Below are positions 26,990-39,474 of a stretch of DNA of 64,000 nucleotides, one piece after another. The DNA is from Octopus sinensis. Taxonomy: Eukaryota. Made by a program: the position numbers and the translations under genes. The notes below the pieces were generated by a model. The model had not been told where the DNA came from and ran no database searches. It worked only from the letters and a program-made list of their open reading frames with translations. The DNA is taken from positions 7,832 through 71,831 of the forward strand of contig NW_021834615.1 in NCBI RefSeq assembly GCF_006345805.1. Reading direction: 5' to 3'. Position 1 is the first letter of the stretch, and the number at the start of each line of letters is the position of its first letter.

Positions 26990-27389
26990 GCACGCACACA
27001 CAAACACACACACACACATACACACAAACACACACACACACACACATATTTATTAAATTAGGTCAAACTATATTTGAGGGGTCTAATATGCTTCATCTAA
27101 GAAAATTTAATCATAACTATGGAATTCCGACGTACAAATGCAGTCCATACGGAAGGTGCACTTGCGAATTGAGTTTCAAATGGGAGACACTGTACCTGTA
27201 TGTTTTGATATGATTTATAGAACAAGAAGAAACATATTCAAAGCTAGTGATAATGACTAGCTAAAAATATGTATGAATGTCATTATTCGGTTTTAATAGA
27301 ATATTTCTGGCCAACAGAAAGAGAGACGGCTTCTAACTTAGTTCCAAGTATCTTTCATTGGAATTTCAACAACATGAACAGGATATTTT

Positions 27390-28225
27390 TGTATGTATGT
27401 ATGCATGTATGTATGTATGTATGTATATATGTATGTATGTATGTATGCATGTATGTATGTATGTATGTATGCATGTATGTACGTTTGTATGTATGTATGT
27501 ATGTATTTACGTATGTATGTATGTATTTATGTATGTATGTATGTATGTATGCATGTATGTATGTATGCATGTATGTATGCATGTATGTATATATGTATGT
27601 ATGCATGTATGTATGTATGTATGCATGTATGTATGTATGTATGTATGTTGTATGTATGTATGTATGTATGTATGCATGTATGTATGTATGTATGTATGCA
27701 TGCATGAATGTATGCATGTATGTATGTATGCATGTATGTATGTATGTATGTATGTATGCATGTATGTACGTTAATATGTTAATATGTATGTATGTATGCA
27801 TGTATGTATGTATGTATGTATGTATGTATGTATGTATGTATGTATGCATGTATGCATGCATGTATGTATGTATGTATGCATGTATGTATGTATGTATGTA
27901 TGTATATATGTATGTATGAATGCATGTATGTATGTATGCATGCATGTATGTATGTATGTATGTATGTATGTACGTATGTATTTATGCATGTATGTATGTA
28001 TGTATGTATGTATGTATGTATGTATGCATGTATGCATGCATGTATGTATGTATGTATGCATGTATGTATGTATGTATGTATATATGTATGTATGAATGCA
28101 TGTATGTATGTATGCTTGTATGTATGTATGTATGTATATATGTATGTATGTATGCATGTATGTATGTATGCATGTATGTATGTATGTATGTATGTATATA
28201 TGTATGTATGTATGCATGTATGTAT
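27390..28225. repeat. (ATGT)n/(ATGC) microsatellite
   Basis: Read directly; paralogue at 61645-62186. Confidence 0.95.
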
Positions 28226-28783
28226 GTCAGGTCACTTTCGAGTGCTACTGGTAAACATGTAACCCAGTACAACCTGTTGCATTGTCGGGTCGTCGGCGAC
28301 TAAGCCGGCAACCCCACCAAGCTTGCTTGGTGAGGAGGGAGTTTATTGGACACCCTGCGGGATGAAAAACAAAACCCGTCAAAGAGCGGAGGAACTCTTG
28401 AGAATGAACGGCCATCCAATATATGTCTTAAGGCCGTATCATGCGCGGCGAAATAGAAATAATCGGACTGAATACCCGATCGCGCGGTTAAACCAATGGG
28501 AGTGAAGGACTCCTAGACTTTGTTAGGGCATCCTTCTAGGAGAAGGTAACTCAGGTAACCGGGATAACTCCGATATAAATCCTGCGGCTCAGTGGTTACC
28601 GATGAGGTTGACTTATAGTTCGATTCGGATTATGGCTGCTGTTGCTTAGTGACTGGGATTGACACAGTGCACAGCCTTTACTCAGTATAAAAAAAAATCT
28701 TCATGCACAGGCATTGCAAGATAACAACATTGATTAAGCTTCGTGCAATGCCCATACTCGATAACGAGGGGGCAGCCACCAAG
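28226..28783 (+). mobile_element. Short non-autonomous RTE-5'UTR-like element inside (ATGT)n; paralogue 62186-62738
   Basis: GC-richer island of about 555 bp in a microsatellite, with a ctaggagaaggtaactc motif recalled from RTE-type 5' leaders and a structured 5' end. Family assignment is tentative. Confidence 0.5.
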
Positions 28784-29116
28784 TATGTATGTATGTATCT
28801 ATGGATGGATGGATGGATGTAAGTAGGTATGCATGTATGTATGGATGTAATTATGTATGTATGTATGTATATATGTATATATGTGTATATGTGTCTATCG
28901 ATATATATTTGCTTACATTCAAAAATACATTTATGTATACATGTATACATACGTACATGTATGTATAAATATATGCATACATGTATGTATGTATGTATGA
29001 AAGTGTGTATGTATGTATGTATGTGTGTGTATGTATGTTTGTATGTATGTATGTGTGTATGTATGTGTGTATGTGTGTATGTATATATATATATAATATA
29101 TATATATATATATGTG

Positions 29117-29724
29117 ACAATGAAGGGTGAAATTAATTAATTTGTAATAATTATCAATTACACCAAGTAGTCTTCGGCATGTAAAAGCCTCATTCGAGGA
29201 AAATTTAAGTAATACTAAGCAATTAAGGGTTTAGCAACGAATTGCCTTACCGCACACCGAATTTAGAAATAGCAGTCAAAGAGATTATAGCTATTTCTTC
29301 TACTAAAAAGGAGATCACAGTAAAGACACAGCATTTGAAAGGCAAACACAAACAGGTAAGAGAGAATGAATTAACGGCAATCTATCGTACAGTTTTAAGT
29401 CACATACGGACGTACGTTTCGAGATCAAGTCTTAGGAAAGTATAAGAATTAGATAATTCTACCTTACCCAGACTTCTTCTCTCATCAGCGCAGGATACAA
29501 ACAATCATGAATGATTGAATATTGAATTTTGAGATAATAGAAGGCACCAACTCAACTCAGTATTAGAGCGAGCTAGAAGCCACAGCTAGTATCACCAAAT
29601 TCAAAGTATGAATGAAAGCTTGTGTCACCAGTCCCTTCCCACCCGCGTGTAGCCAAGACAAAGTGCTGTGGTCATTTGCTGAGATGAATATGGTTATGAG
29701 TAACAATGAAGGGTGATATTAATT
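29117..29724 (-). mobile_element. Penelope-pLTR/retrozyme-like non-coding element with 22-bp terminal direct repeats
   Basis: acaatgaagggtga(a/t)attaatt at 29117-29138 and 29703-29724. It contains a hammerhead and is absent from the paralogous spacer at 62740-62980. Confidence 0.7.
29405..29492 (-). ncRNA. Type I hammerhead ribozyme with palindromic stem III
   Basis: ugcg CUGAUGA gaga-ag-aagucu...agacuu-ga-ucuc GAAA c-guac-g UC cgua. G10.1-C11.1 pair, long stem II, GUC triplet. Confidence 0.8.
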
Positions 29725-30125
29725 GTATGTAAGTATACATGTATGTATAGATGTATGTATATACGTGAGTGAGTATGTATGCATGTATGTATGTATGTAT
29801 GTGTGTATGTATGTATGCATGTATATATGTATGGGTGTATGTATGTACGTTTGAATGTATGCGTGCATGTATGTATGTATGTATGTATGTATGTATGTAT
29901 GTCTGTATGTATGTATGTATGCATGTATGTATGTATGTATATATGTATGTATGTATGGGTGGGTGGGAATTGGTAGGTTTTGATTTTGATATTCCCATAA
30001 AACTTTTCTAATCCGATTAACGCTTGTTGTGGAGAATCCAATCCGAACAGCGGACTTCATTAGATTAAGTCTTGCGATTACTGTGTGGGTTGAACGAAAT
30101 ACTTCCCACTCTGGATATTAAAACA

Positions 30126-30633
30126 GTGTGTGAGTGTGTGTGTGTGTGTGTGAGTGTGTGTGTGTGTGTGTCAGTGTATGTGTGTGTGTGGGAGTGTGTG
30201 TGTGTGTGTTAATATGCGTGTCAGTGTATGTGTGTGTGTGTGTAAGTGTATGTGTGTGTGTCAGTGTATGTGCGTGTGTGTGTCAGCGTGTGTGTGTGTG
30301 TGTCAGTGTGTGTGTGTCAATGTGTATGTCTGTGCGTGAGTGTGTGTGTGTGTAAGACAATGTATCTGTGTGTGTGTGTCAGTGTGTGTGTCAGTGTGTG
30401 TTGGTGTGTGTGGGTGTGTGTTGGTGTGTGTGTATGTCAGTATGTGTGTGTGTGTTAGTGTGTGTGCGTGAGTGTGTCTGTGTGTCAGTGTGTGTAGGTG
30501 TGTGTGTTGGTGTTTGTGTCAGTGTGTGCTTGTGTGTACGTGTCTGTGTGTGTGTGTCAGTGTCTGTGTGTGTGTCCGTCCGTGTGTGTTTGCGTGTCAG
30601 TGTGTGTGTATGCGTTTGTGTCTGTGTATGTGT
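30126..30633. repeat. Interrupted (GT)n microsatellite flanked by a 39-bp direct repeat
   Basis: gttgaacgaaatacttcccac(a/t)ctg(a/g)atattaaaacagt at 30089 and 30636. Confidence 0.9.
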
Positions 30634-31046
30634 TGGTTGAACGAAATACTTCCCACACTGAATATTAAAACAGTTTCCCAAGAATAAACAAATAAAATTA
30701 AATAACAACATTAGTAAATAAATATATCATAATATATCCAGAAACAGGAATCATTTCACTTTACACGTGTCTCTCATTCATCAAAATATTTTGCTAATTA
30801 TTGTGTGACAATATCAAACCATCTCTTTCCAATAATTAAACCTGTCAGACAAGTTCACACCCGCTTTTACAGTTCCACCAATCGCATTGGTTCATAAATT
30901 TACGATAAGATCTATGCCAGAGCTGGGTTGTTGTGCGCTCAATAAATACGTGGAATTCAGTTACAGGTCTTCAGCTTAAACCTCGCATCTCGATCTTTTG
31001 TTGAAGCCACACGAAGTATCACTTACGACCGACAACTGTCACCAGA

Positions 31047-31190
31047 ATGGATTTCGCACAACTGTCCAGGAATATTTCGCAGCGTTATTCCATTTCTTCT
31101 CTCATAGCTTTTGGGGTTCTTCTCGTTCTGACGATCGTGATTCTTCATCAAGATTCAAGAATAGGAAAAATGGAAGAGAAATCGAAAACG
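31047..31190 (+). CDS. Array gene exon 1, copy C (signal/type II anchor)
   Basis: MDFAQLSRNISQRYSISSLIAFGVLLVLTIVILHQDSRIGKMEEKSKT|gtaagt; phase 0 matches exon 2; hydrophobic LIAFGVLLVLTIVIL. Confidence 0.85.
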
Positions 31191-31601
31191 GTAAGTCATG
31201 GATTTTGTGTTAATATATGTATGTCTTTATGTATTTATATATGCATGTATGTATGTATGCATTTACGTATGTATGTATTAATATGTGGATGTATGTACGT
31301 ACCGATGGATAGATGGATGTAAGGATGTATGCATGAATCACTTACATATGTTCCTATGGAGCACACACACACACATAAGATCACACACGTAATCACACAC
31401 GAACACACAGGCGCACACACCTAAACATACATATATTTGTATATATAATATACATATATATGTATATATAAATATACATATATATGAATATATTATTGCG
31501 TGAACATATATAGATATATATATACAAACAAATATATGCGTGTGTGTATCTATCACTGTATCACTCTGCCTATCTCTCTCTCTCTCTCTCTCTATTTATC
31601 A

Positions 31602-31641
<40 letters not shown>

Positions 31642-31901
31642 CTGTGTGTGTGTTTGTATATAAATATATTCTTCTACCCGTTTCAGTCATTTGACTGCGG
31701 CCATGCTAGAGCACTGCGTTTAGTAGGACGAATCGTTTCAGGAATTATTCTTTGTAAGCCTATTGCTCATTCTCTCGGTATCTCTAGCCGAACCGCTAAA
31801 TAACAGGGACGTAAACACACCGACATTAGTTGAGAATCGATAGTGGTGCAACAATAACAGACACACATAAAACATAGATACATACACACTATGTGTGCTA
31901 T

Positions 31902-31933
<32 letters not shown>

Positions 31934-32037
31934 ACATACATCTATATATATATATATTCATAACATATATACATACACACATATATAGTTACGTATGTAT
32001 GTACATACATGTCTATCTATCAATCTATTTATCTACA

Positions 32038-32068
<31 letters not shown>

Positions 32069-32103
32069 TTTTCTATCTATCTTTCTATCTATCTATCTAT
32101 ATA

Positions 32104-32143
<40 letters not shown>

Positions 32144-32830
32144 CATAAACACACATCCCAAGGAAACACAAAGAAGAGTGGAATTGTACTCCTGTCCGAT
32201 CGCTCTTTCACCAGACATAATCCTGGAGAGGGAAATAAGTGCGTAATGAAAAAAATCTAATGGTGGGGTTCCAGCATGGCCATGCCCTGTCGCTGCAACG
32301 TTTAGCCCTATTAATATTAGTGTTAAGTATTATATCTAGATGTACACTTGCACACACGCACAGAAACAGACACATACAAACACACACACACGCACACATA
32401 GGAATACGTACATATTTACACACATTTATCTATTTCTCTCCATCAGGAACGGAAGTGAGGCGAGTTTTTTTAATCTTTTCTTTCCAACTGAAAATAAAAC
32501 GTGCGAGTGCCAATGTAGATCGGTGAATTTCGTAATGTTTGACTGTAATTCACGTTGGTTTTTATATATGACAATATGTAAGAACGAATGTAAATACATA
32601 CACACAGACACACGGACAAACACACGCTCAAATAAACACAAACACACACACATACGCACGCACACAGACACACGTGCTCAATTGTACACGAAGAACCACA
32701 CTATACAGTGTATGTCCACTCACATATATGTGTGCGTTTGTGTGTGTCTATGCGTATAAGTAGATATGTATATTTGTGATATTTATGGCGTGTATGCTTG
32801 AGTATACGTGTATACCTATACATTGATATG

Positions 32831-32895
<65 letters not shown>

Positions 32896-34059
32896 GGATG
32901 TTTTCTATTCTGAAGCCAGGACCACAGATCTTTCTACTTAACTAAATAATCTGAAACTTCGTATGCTGATAGAGTCTAGCAAAACAAGACACAGGTTGGA
33001 ACTAGTTTATTTGAGAAAAATCTATTTGATGACTTTAATCGTAGATTAAAACTGCGAATTTTAACCAATGAGATTGTTTGTTTTCATGTGTAAACCTTGA
33101 CTGCATTCTATTAGTGTGACGTAGAAAGCGCTTTTGTGACGTACTAACGTTCGGAAAACTGTAAACAAACACGGCAGACGAAATACGGCTACGCATTTCG
33201 CCCGGCGTGCTAACGTTTCTGCCAGCTCTTTGCTTTTTTAATATTAAATTTCGGCGAAGTTTCGCTTGTCGTAGCACAAGTTTTCCGTCGATTTCCGTAA
33301 AAAACTTTTATTTTTTCACATAAGTAATGAGAGCGAAAGAGACTAAGAGGAAGCGATTTTATGACGAGGGAAGTTTGTCTTTGAAGTTACCGTCTAGGGG
33401 AAGCATTGATGTACATGTGTGTATGTGTGTGTTTGATGGGGTGTGGGAGACAGTATGTTGTGTAAGTGAAGTGCTTCTGTTAGTGTGTGTGAAGAGACAG
33501 AGAGAGTAATGTGTGAAAGAGAGAGATAACTGAAATTTTTTACTCGGTGTATGTGTATATGTATGTCTGCATGTATGTGTGTGTTTGTATGTATCTATGT
33601 ATGTATGGCCAATTCATCGTAATTACGATTACGATGAATCGGCTATACATACATACACACACACACATACATACACACACACACATACTTACACATACAT
33701 ACACACACACATACATGCAGACATACAGAATGGAAACATTTTCAATTTAATACATGTGGCTTATTAACTAGTTTTAAATATTGTTATTAGAAGGTGGCCG
33801 ACTTGTTTACATTTAAGATGTTAAATACGTCACGAATTGGTGGTCGAGACGGAGTAAATAAAATAAAGCCGAATGACGGAATATCATTGGTTAAAATTCT
33901 AATTATTAAACAACGTTAAACTTAGAAGTTACAATTCCGTTTTCATTCTGGTTTACAATTAAGTTTACTTTTGACACATTCTACCAGTATACGAAGTTTC
34001 AAATTGTTTGGTTCAGTAGGAAAAATTTGAAAAAACTGGCCTCAAAATAGAAAAGATCC
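32896..34059. mobile_element. Non-autonomous TIR DNA transposon (MITE-like) in (TA)n, copy C only
   Basis: About 90-bp imperfect TIRs: ggatgttttctattctgaagccag...gaaacttcgtatgctgataga versus the reverse complement of ctaccagtatacgaagtttc...ctggcctcaaaatagaaaagatcc. Confidence 0.75.
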
Positions 34060-34075
34060 TATATATATGTATATA

Positions 34076-34128
<53 letters not shown>

Positions 34129-34160
34129 TATGAATATATATATATAGTATATTATATAAT

Positions 34161-34192
<32 letters not shown>

Positions 34193-35560
34193 GTCTGTGT
34201 GGGGGCGCAGTGGCTAGTGGTTATGGCAGCGGACTCATGATTGTCGGATCGAGGTTTCGTAGTGAGTGTTTAATGCTCCACGAGTCTCAGGGAATTGGGT
34301 TGTGTTGATCTCTGCTGTACTCTTTCGCTACAACTTTCTCCCTTTCTTCTGTTGGCCTGCTCGCCTAGCCAACGGGGTGGCGTCATTTGAAGGTTAAAAC
34401 AATGCGAAGCGCATTGTAACCATCGATGTGTAGCAACAACTGATAGCCTGGTCTGTGACGGTCATCACAGAGATATGATTTTGATTTTTGATTTGATTTT
34501 TCCAGTTTCAGCTAATGAGCTGTGGCCATGCTGGGGCACCGCCATATCATACGCACACAATACACGCACACACACACGCATCCACACGTACATACACACA
34601 TACCAGCACAGATGTCCACGTATACCTTTAACGAACAATACTCATACAGATACGCACACACTTATACACACATGGGCACAGACACACACGCACATACACG
34701 TACTTAAGCGCACACACGCACGCACATTACTCCCACAAAACTCCCAAAAACCCCACATACACACGCATGCACAAATTCACATACAACCGATACATATACA
34801 TACACACAATAAATGCCTACACGCGCACACGCACATACACATACGTATACACATATAGACACGGACACACACACACACGCAAAAACATGCGCACACATAC
34901 GCACGCACACAAGCACACGAATGCACACACCCAAACTCGACGCATACACACACAAACACACATACATACACAGAAACACTACAAAACACACACACACACG
35001 ATACATATACATACACGCACACACACACATACTTCAAACTAGCAGTACCTACTACTTGACCTGTGGTAGAGACAAAAGGAGCCACGCCCAATTCCTTCGT
35101 TGACCTTATCACTACTAGCCCTACAACACGCAAAGAATAACAGCCACAACCACACACACATACACACACACACACACACACGTGTCATCATTGCACTCAT
35201 ACACTCATACACACACACGCACACGCAGACCTCCGCAAACGCACATATCCACACTTACACACACATTCCTCCTCCTCTACCACTCTCCTGTCTTTGAAAG
35301 AACTTTTCTTCACCCATTTCCTTCCGGTCATTCAAAATGTGACCGCGTGTGGACCGTTGGCGATTTTTTTCCTCTGTTTTCCCTCCTCTGGATCTTTCCT
35401 CGTCGTATGTTTCTGACGAAGAGCTCCGCTCGTAACGTTGATCGCTCCTTCTTTCCTTCTTTCCTGAGCGTCCGATGATACTATATTTGTTCCACGTCCT
35501 CACGTGGCTGTGTTCTTTGTGCTTTCTTGTTTGGATTAAATTTAAGTATATATATACATG

Positions 35561-35589
<29 letters not shown>

Positions 35590-35600
<11 letters not shown>

Positions 35601-38420
35601 TATTCGAGACAAAACCACTATTTTGCAAAACAAACAAGGAAAGACTTAATCAATACATAAAATTTTAATAAATAGTCAAAAAAACCGCCACTACAATCGT
35701 TTCTTGTCTTGATCGACAATCTTCAGGTGGACTTCCAATCTAAAAAATCAATATTTTAAAATATAAAAATAATAATTTTAAAATAATTAAAGTATGAATG
35801 AAAAAATATAAGTATATAATCCATATATAACCTATCTATAATCCATATATAATCAATATATAAACAATATATAAACTAAAAAAACCTATCAACAATTAAA
35901 TATAAAATATAAAATATAAAATATAAAATATAAAATATAAAACAAAACAAAAAAAAATAATAATAATAATAAACTATATATACACCCATACGCATATACC
36001 TAATTATATACAACCATACCTAACTACATACACTAAATCACACACCTATATATATATCCCTATACATACACATAAAATGTCTAGGCAACTATAAATAAAT
36101 AAAATAGCTAAATACTTCAACACAATACTTATTCATACTCACACACACACACACATACAACCACATTCACGCTCTAGAAAACGGACATCACTCAAAACTA
36201 TGAACGGAGAAATGGAATAAATGGAATTAAAAATTATATTCACTTGGTAAAACGAACACTACTTAAAAATTATGAATGAAACAATGCAATAAAACAACAG
36301 ACATCGCAAATAGACACAAATTACTACAAATTCCTTATCAAACCTACCATGATAACCAAAACTCATAAAAACATATAATGATAAAATCTCCCTTTACTAA
36401 ACTCTATAACAAACCTATATAGCAATCCCCCTAACCTAAACATTCACACACAAATACACACACGTAAACCACACCCCACGACATATACAAATACCCACAC
36501 CACTTACACATACCAATACATACATATAAACCTCAACATATACTCCAAAAACCCACTCAACCCCACACAGACAAATAAACACAAAAATTATGAATGGATT
36601 CTTTTATAAAACTACCATGATAAGCTAAAACTCACAAAACAGAAATGATAAAACCTCCCTTTACTAAACACTAAAACATACTTATATAGCAATTCCTTTA
36701 ATCTATACATTCACACACAAAACCACTCGTAAACCACACACCCATAACAAATACAAACTCCCACCCCACTCACACACACCCACAAGTACATATAATCCTC
36801 AACATATACACCAAACAAAATTACTTTACCAAGGAACTTAACATATATATAAAAAGTATAACCGCTCTGGAAACGAACATCTCTAAATTAATGAATGGAG
36901 AAATGGAATAAATGGAATTAAAAATAAAATTCACGTGGCAAAACGAACACCACTCAAAAATTATGAATGAAACAATATAATAAAACAACCAACATCGAAA
37001 ATAGACAAATTACTACGAATTCCCTAAAAAAACCATGATAAACCAAAACTCTTAAAAAACATATAACGATAAAATCTCCCTTTGCTAAACTCTATAACAA
37101 ACCTATATAGTAATCCCCCTAACCTAAACATTCACACACAAACACACACGTAAACCACAGACCCACGACTTATACACATACCTAAACTAACTTATAAACC
37201 TCCATATACACCAAAACCCACTCCCTCCCCACACAGACAAATTAACTCATACATCCCAAAACCTATATAACAAACCCATATACACATTCACACACAAACA
37301 CACACACACGCAAAACACACACACACAACAGATACATATACTCCCTCACATATACGCATATACATACTCACTAAACTCAATATATACAACAATATTTACA
37401 CACCCACACTCATACAGATAAATAAATTATACAACTAAAAACTCGCACACAATCTCATATACATAAACACTCCTATGAAAATAACATTAAATACATCATA
37501 ATTAACCAGAATATCAAAAATAACAATATGACATAAAGGTAAATAAAATACATACTTACAATTCAGTGTCAAATTATGAAGTGAAATTAAATTCTTAGCC
37601 GTTAAAAAATCAAACCAAAATTACGTTACCATAGAAATAACTTATGTAAAAAAAGACTAACAAACAACTTGCAGTAACCCAAACCCATTCTCTATGCCTA
37701 CCTCACTACTACACTATTCCATTCACAATTCCAAACAACGCTAGTCCTCCTCCCGGTTATTCACGTGGCAAAACGAACACCACTCAAAAATTATGAATGA
37801 AACAATGTAATAAAACAACCAACATCGAAAATAGACAAATTACCACGAATTCCCTAAAAAAACCATGATAAACCAAAACTCCTAAAAACATATAACGATA
37901 AATCTCCCTTAGCTAAACTCTATAACAAACCTATATAGCAATCTCCCTAACCTAAACATTCACACACAAATACACACTCGTAAACCACAGACCCACAACT
38001 TATACACATACCTATACTAACTTATAAACCTCAATATACACCAAAACCCACTCCCTCCCCACACAGACAAATTAACACATACATCCCAAAACCTAAATAA
38101 CAAACCCATATACACATTCACACACAAACACACACACACGCAAAACACACACACACAACAGATACATATACTCCCTCACATATACGCATATACATACTCA
38201 CTAAACTCGATATATACAACAATAATTACACACCACCCACACTCATACAGATAAATAAATTATACAACTAAAAACTCGCACACAATCTCATATACATAAA
38301 CACACCTATGAAAACAACATTAAATACATCGTAATTAACCAGAATATCAAAAATAACAATATGACATAAGGATAAATAAAATACATACTTACAATTCAGT
38401 GTCAAATTATGAAGTGAGAT
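35590..38420 (-). mobile_element. About 2.8-kb A/C-rich non-coding insertion with internal repeats and a terminal hammerhead (Penelope-derived?)
   Basis: Absent at the paralogous site in copy D (about 53870-53910). Internal repeats at about 36170-36590, 36860-37585 and 37760-38418. Confidence 0.6.
35688..35730 (-). ncRNA. Compact type I hammerhead ribozyme
   Basis: ccac CUGAAGA uuguc-gaucaa-gacaa GAAA c-gauu-g UA gugg. All three stems pair; GUA triplet. Confidence 0.8.
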
Positions 38421-38503
38421 ATAGATATATATATATGTGTAGAAATATGTGTGTGTATATGTGTATGTGTGTGTGTGTGTGTGTGAGTGTGTGTGTGTGT
38501 TTA

Positions 38504-39110
38504 CTAGCAGAAATACCCGGCATTGCTGGGGACTACAATGGCAAAGCTGGTATATAATATATTCCACTCATTTTGAAACAGGTGATATGGGAATGTGGAA
38601 CATTGACAACAAAACATTTGTAGAGTAAATGCTGGGCTAATTCTACTAAGCAACATGCTCTGCGTCCGTTTGGAGTGTTTCAGGCCCTAACATGTCATGC
38701 AAAATTGGAGGTGGGGTTTCTGTGATTTTTGAACGCACCGAAAAGCTGTCAGTGGATATACTCTCCTTTGCAGCAGTGTGCGCTGTGTCTAGCACGAACC
38801 CATCATCGGAAATTTTGACACCTCACGTCAGGTTTGATGTCCTACATCTCTCATAGAGTAAATTTGGAGGAAATTTGTTTGTTCATTCGCGCGGGTACCG
38901 GAGAACCAATGAGGGGATAGACTTGCCCTTGAACTTTGACGTCGGCGTAAATTCATGTTTATCTATCTTCTTAGATTCACCAAAGGATGTCATTTGAATT
39001 CAGATTTTTATTGTCTGATATTGTTCAGAAAATCCTTTGACTGGATTAAAGCGCCTTCTAGAAGATTACTAAGGGGTTGAGATGGTAGTGTTGGCAATGA
39101 TACCTGTCCA
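38504..39110 (-). mobile_element. Helitron remnant with 3' terminus (intron 1 of copy C); paralogue 53976-54565
   Basis: Minus-strand end ccccagcaatgccgggtatttctgCTAG|t (subterminal hairpin plus CTAG). The copy-D paralogue reads NIRQYNSAFQMTSFG. Confidence 0.7.
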
Positions 39111-39194
39111 AATATGTTGCATTGTTTTAAGTTCTAAACGATACTAAATACCCTGAAGTTCTATTTATATGATGCTATTTCTATTTTTTCACAG

Positions 39195-39246
39195 AACCGT
39201 TTCATCTCCAAGAAATCTCTCGACGATAAACCTGATGACACACCAA
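39195..39246 (+). CDS. Array gene exon 2, copy C (NRFISKKSLDDKPDDTP-K)
   Basis: cacag/gtaag, 52 nt, intact. Confidence 0.8.
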
Positions 39247-39474
39247 GTAAGAACTGATTTTATGGCTAAAGTCTTTTACCCGTGACTCATTAACTAATGG
39301 TTTATAATTTCACCAACTTTGAATTAGTTCCACATTATTATCCTTATGTCCACAATAATACATACTAAGACACTTGCCTGAATTTATTTCAAACTATATT
39401 GTACTTTACAATAATTTCCTGAATAAAATGCTTTTATATACTATGCCATTTATTGTGTGTTTATGAGTATATAT

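Noticed and set aside
27269-28303. MYVC/HTYI-repeat ORFs, also at 61524-62365
   Set aside because: (ATGT)n microsatellite open in nearly all frames on both strands. The Met/Tyr richness is not reflectin-like: there is no M/FD(X)5MD motif.
36170-38420. CRISPR-like or regular repeat-spacer array
   Set aside because: The repeats are long, irregular modules without unique equal-length spacers, in a eukaryotic context with no cas genes.
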